64,000 nt of DNA from Rhizophagus irregularis (lineage: Eukaryota), in the NCBI RefSeq assembly GCF_026210795.1, contig NC_089430.1:4960001-5024000 (forward strand), read 5' to 3'. The notes below the pieces were generated by a model. It searched no databases, was not told the origin of the DNA, and saw nothing but the letters and a program-made list of their open reading frames with translations. A program made the position numbers and the translations under genes. Shown one piece after another: positions 63,454 to 64,000 of the stretch. The stretch's first letter is position 1. The number at the start of each line of letters is the position of its first letter.

Positions 63454-64000
63454 CATGACAAATGGGTATAGCGATAAATCGCATATGCGATAAATCATAA
63501 TTTTCTTAAAATAATATGATTGATAAGCAATACACATAATTATGCATAAGTATTGTTCTTATATATCATTGACACTTTGACAGAACAGATATTTATAATA
63601 GTATTAGCTTATAACTTTATAAGCATAAGTATCTATGTATATAATAATGAACATATGTTTTAGCTTAAAAAGTTTCACCAATTTTCTTAATATTCGTGTT
63701 ATTTTAAAAAAATTCACGTATTTAAATTGAATATGATTGCAAATAATTTTTATAAAAAAATTCAGCCCACATCACACAAATCACTGATTGATCAGCAATA
63801 CATAATTATGCATAAATATTGTTCTTTCATTTATAAAGCATCGGGTGAAATTTTTTTTTCTTACTAAAAATTTTTTTTTAATTTCTTCCTTTTACATGTA
63901 TGAATTTTATTTGAAAAAAACTCTCAACAGATTCTTTTATCAAAAGTAAAATGCTGATTAATTCATATGATTGTGATTGTGATTATGAATGTAATGCAAA

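Larger units (their letters stand above)
60664..63496. mobile_element. Element with imperfect ~55-bp inverted termini carrying an ORF1-like gene
   Basis: Left tttatcgc..gcgatatatcgcta..tgtcacgtg matches the reverse complement of right cacatgaca..tagcgataaatcgc..gcgataaa once the nested MITE is removed. Confidence 0.5.

Overview
AT-rich eukaryotic DNA with GT-AG introns; the kinase families and repeats resemble an arbuscular mycorrhizal fungus (Glomeromycotina, Rhizophagus-like), which is an inference. (1) 1-~15.15 kb is a GC-richer, intron-less, tightly packed Maverick/Polinton-like DNA element that runs off the left edge. It encodes a chromodomain rve integrase, an A32-like packaging ATPase, a small protein-primed-type PolB with an OTU-like domain, an SF3 (DUF5906-like) helicase split by a solo LTR, and several virus-like accessory genes. 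Unexpectedly, it also carries a Ty3/gypsy-type Gag capsid gene joined to a retropepsin protease by an apparent -1 slippery site, with no RT, RNase H or LTRs. No jelly-roll capsid or adenain protease is recognisable in the visible part. This Gag-bearing DNA-virus-like element is the main candidate for a novel system. (2) ~15.16-22.4 kb is a decayed CACTA/Plavaka-like transposon. (3) 22.8-59.4 kb holds five TKL kinase genes. Three have 6-8 exon-encoded tandem kinase N-lobe repeats, and most have variable numbers of short C-terminal mini-exons. A palindromic ~60-bp satellite and MITEs lie among them. (4) 60.7-63.5 kb is an element with inverted ends carrying a retroelement ORF1-like gene and a nested MULE-type MITE.
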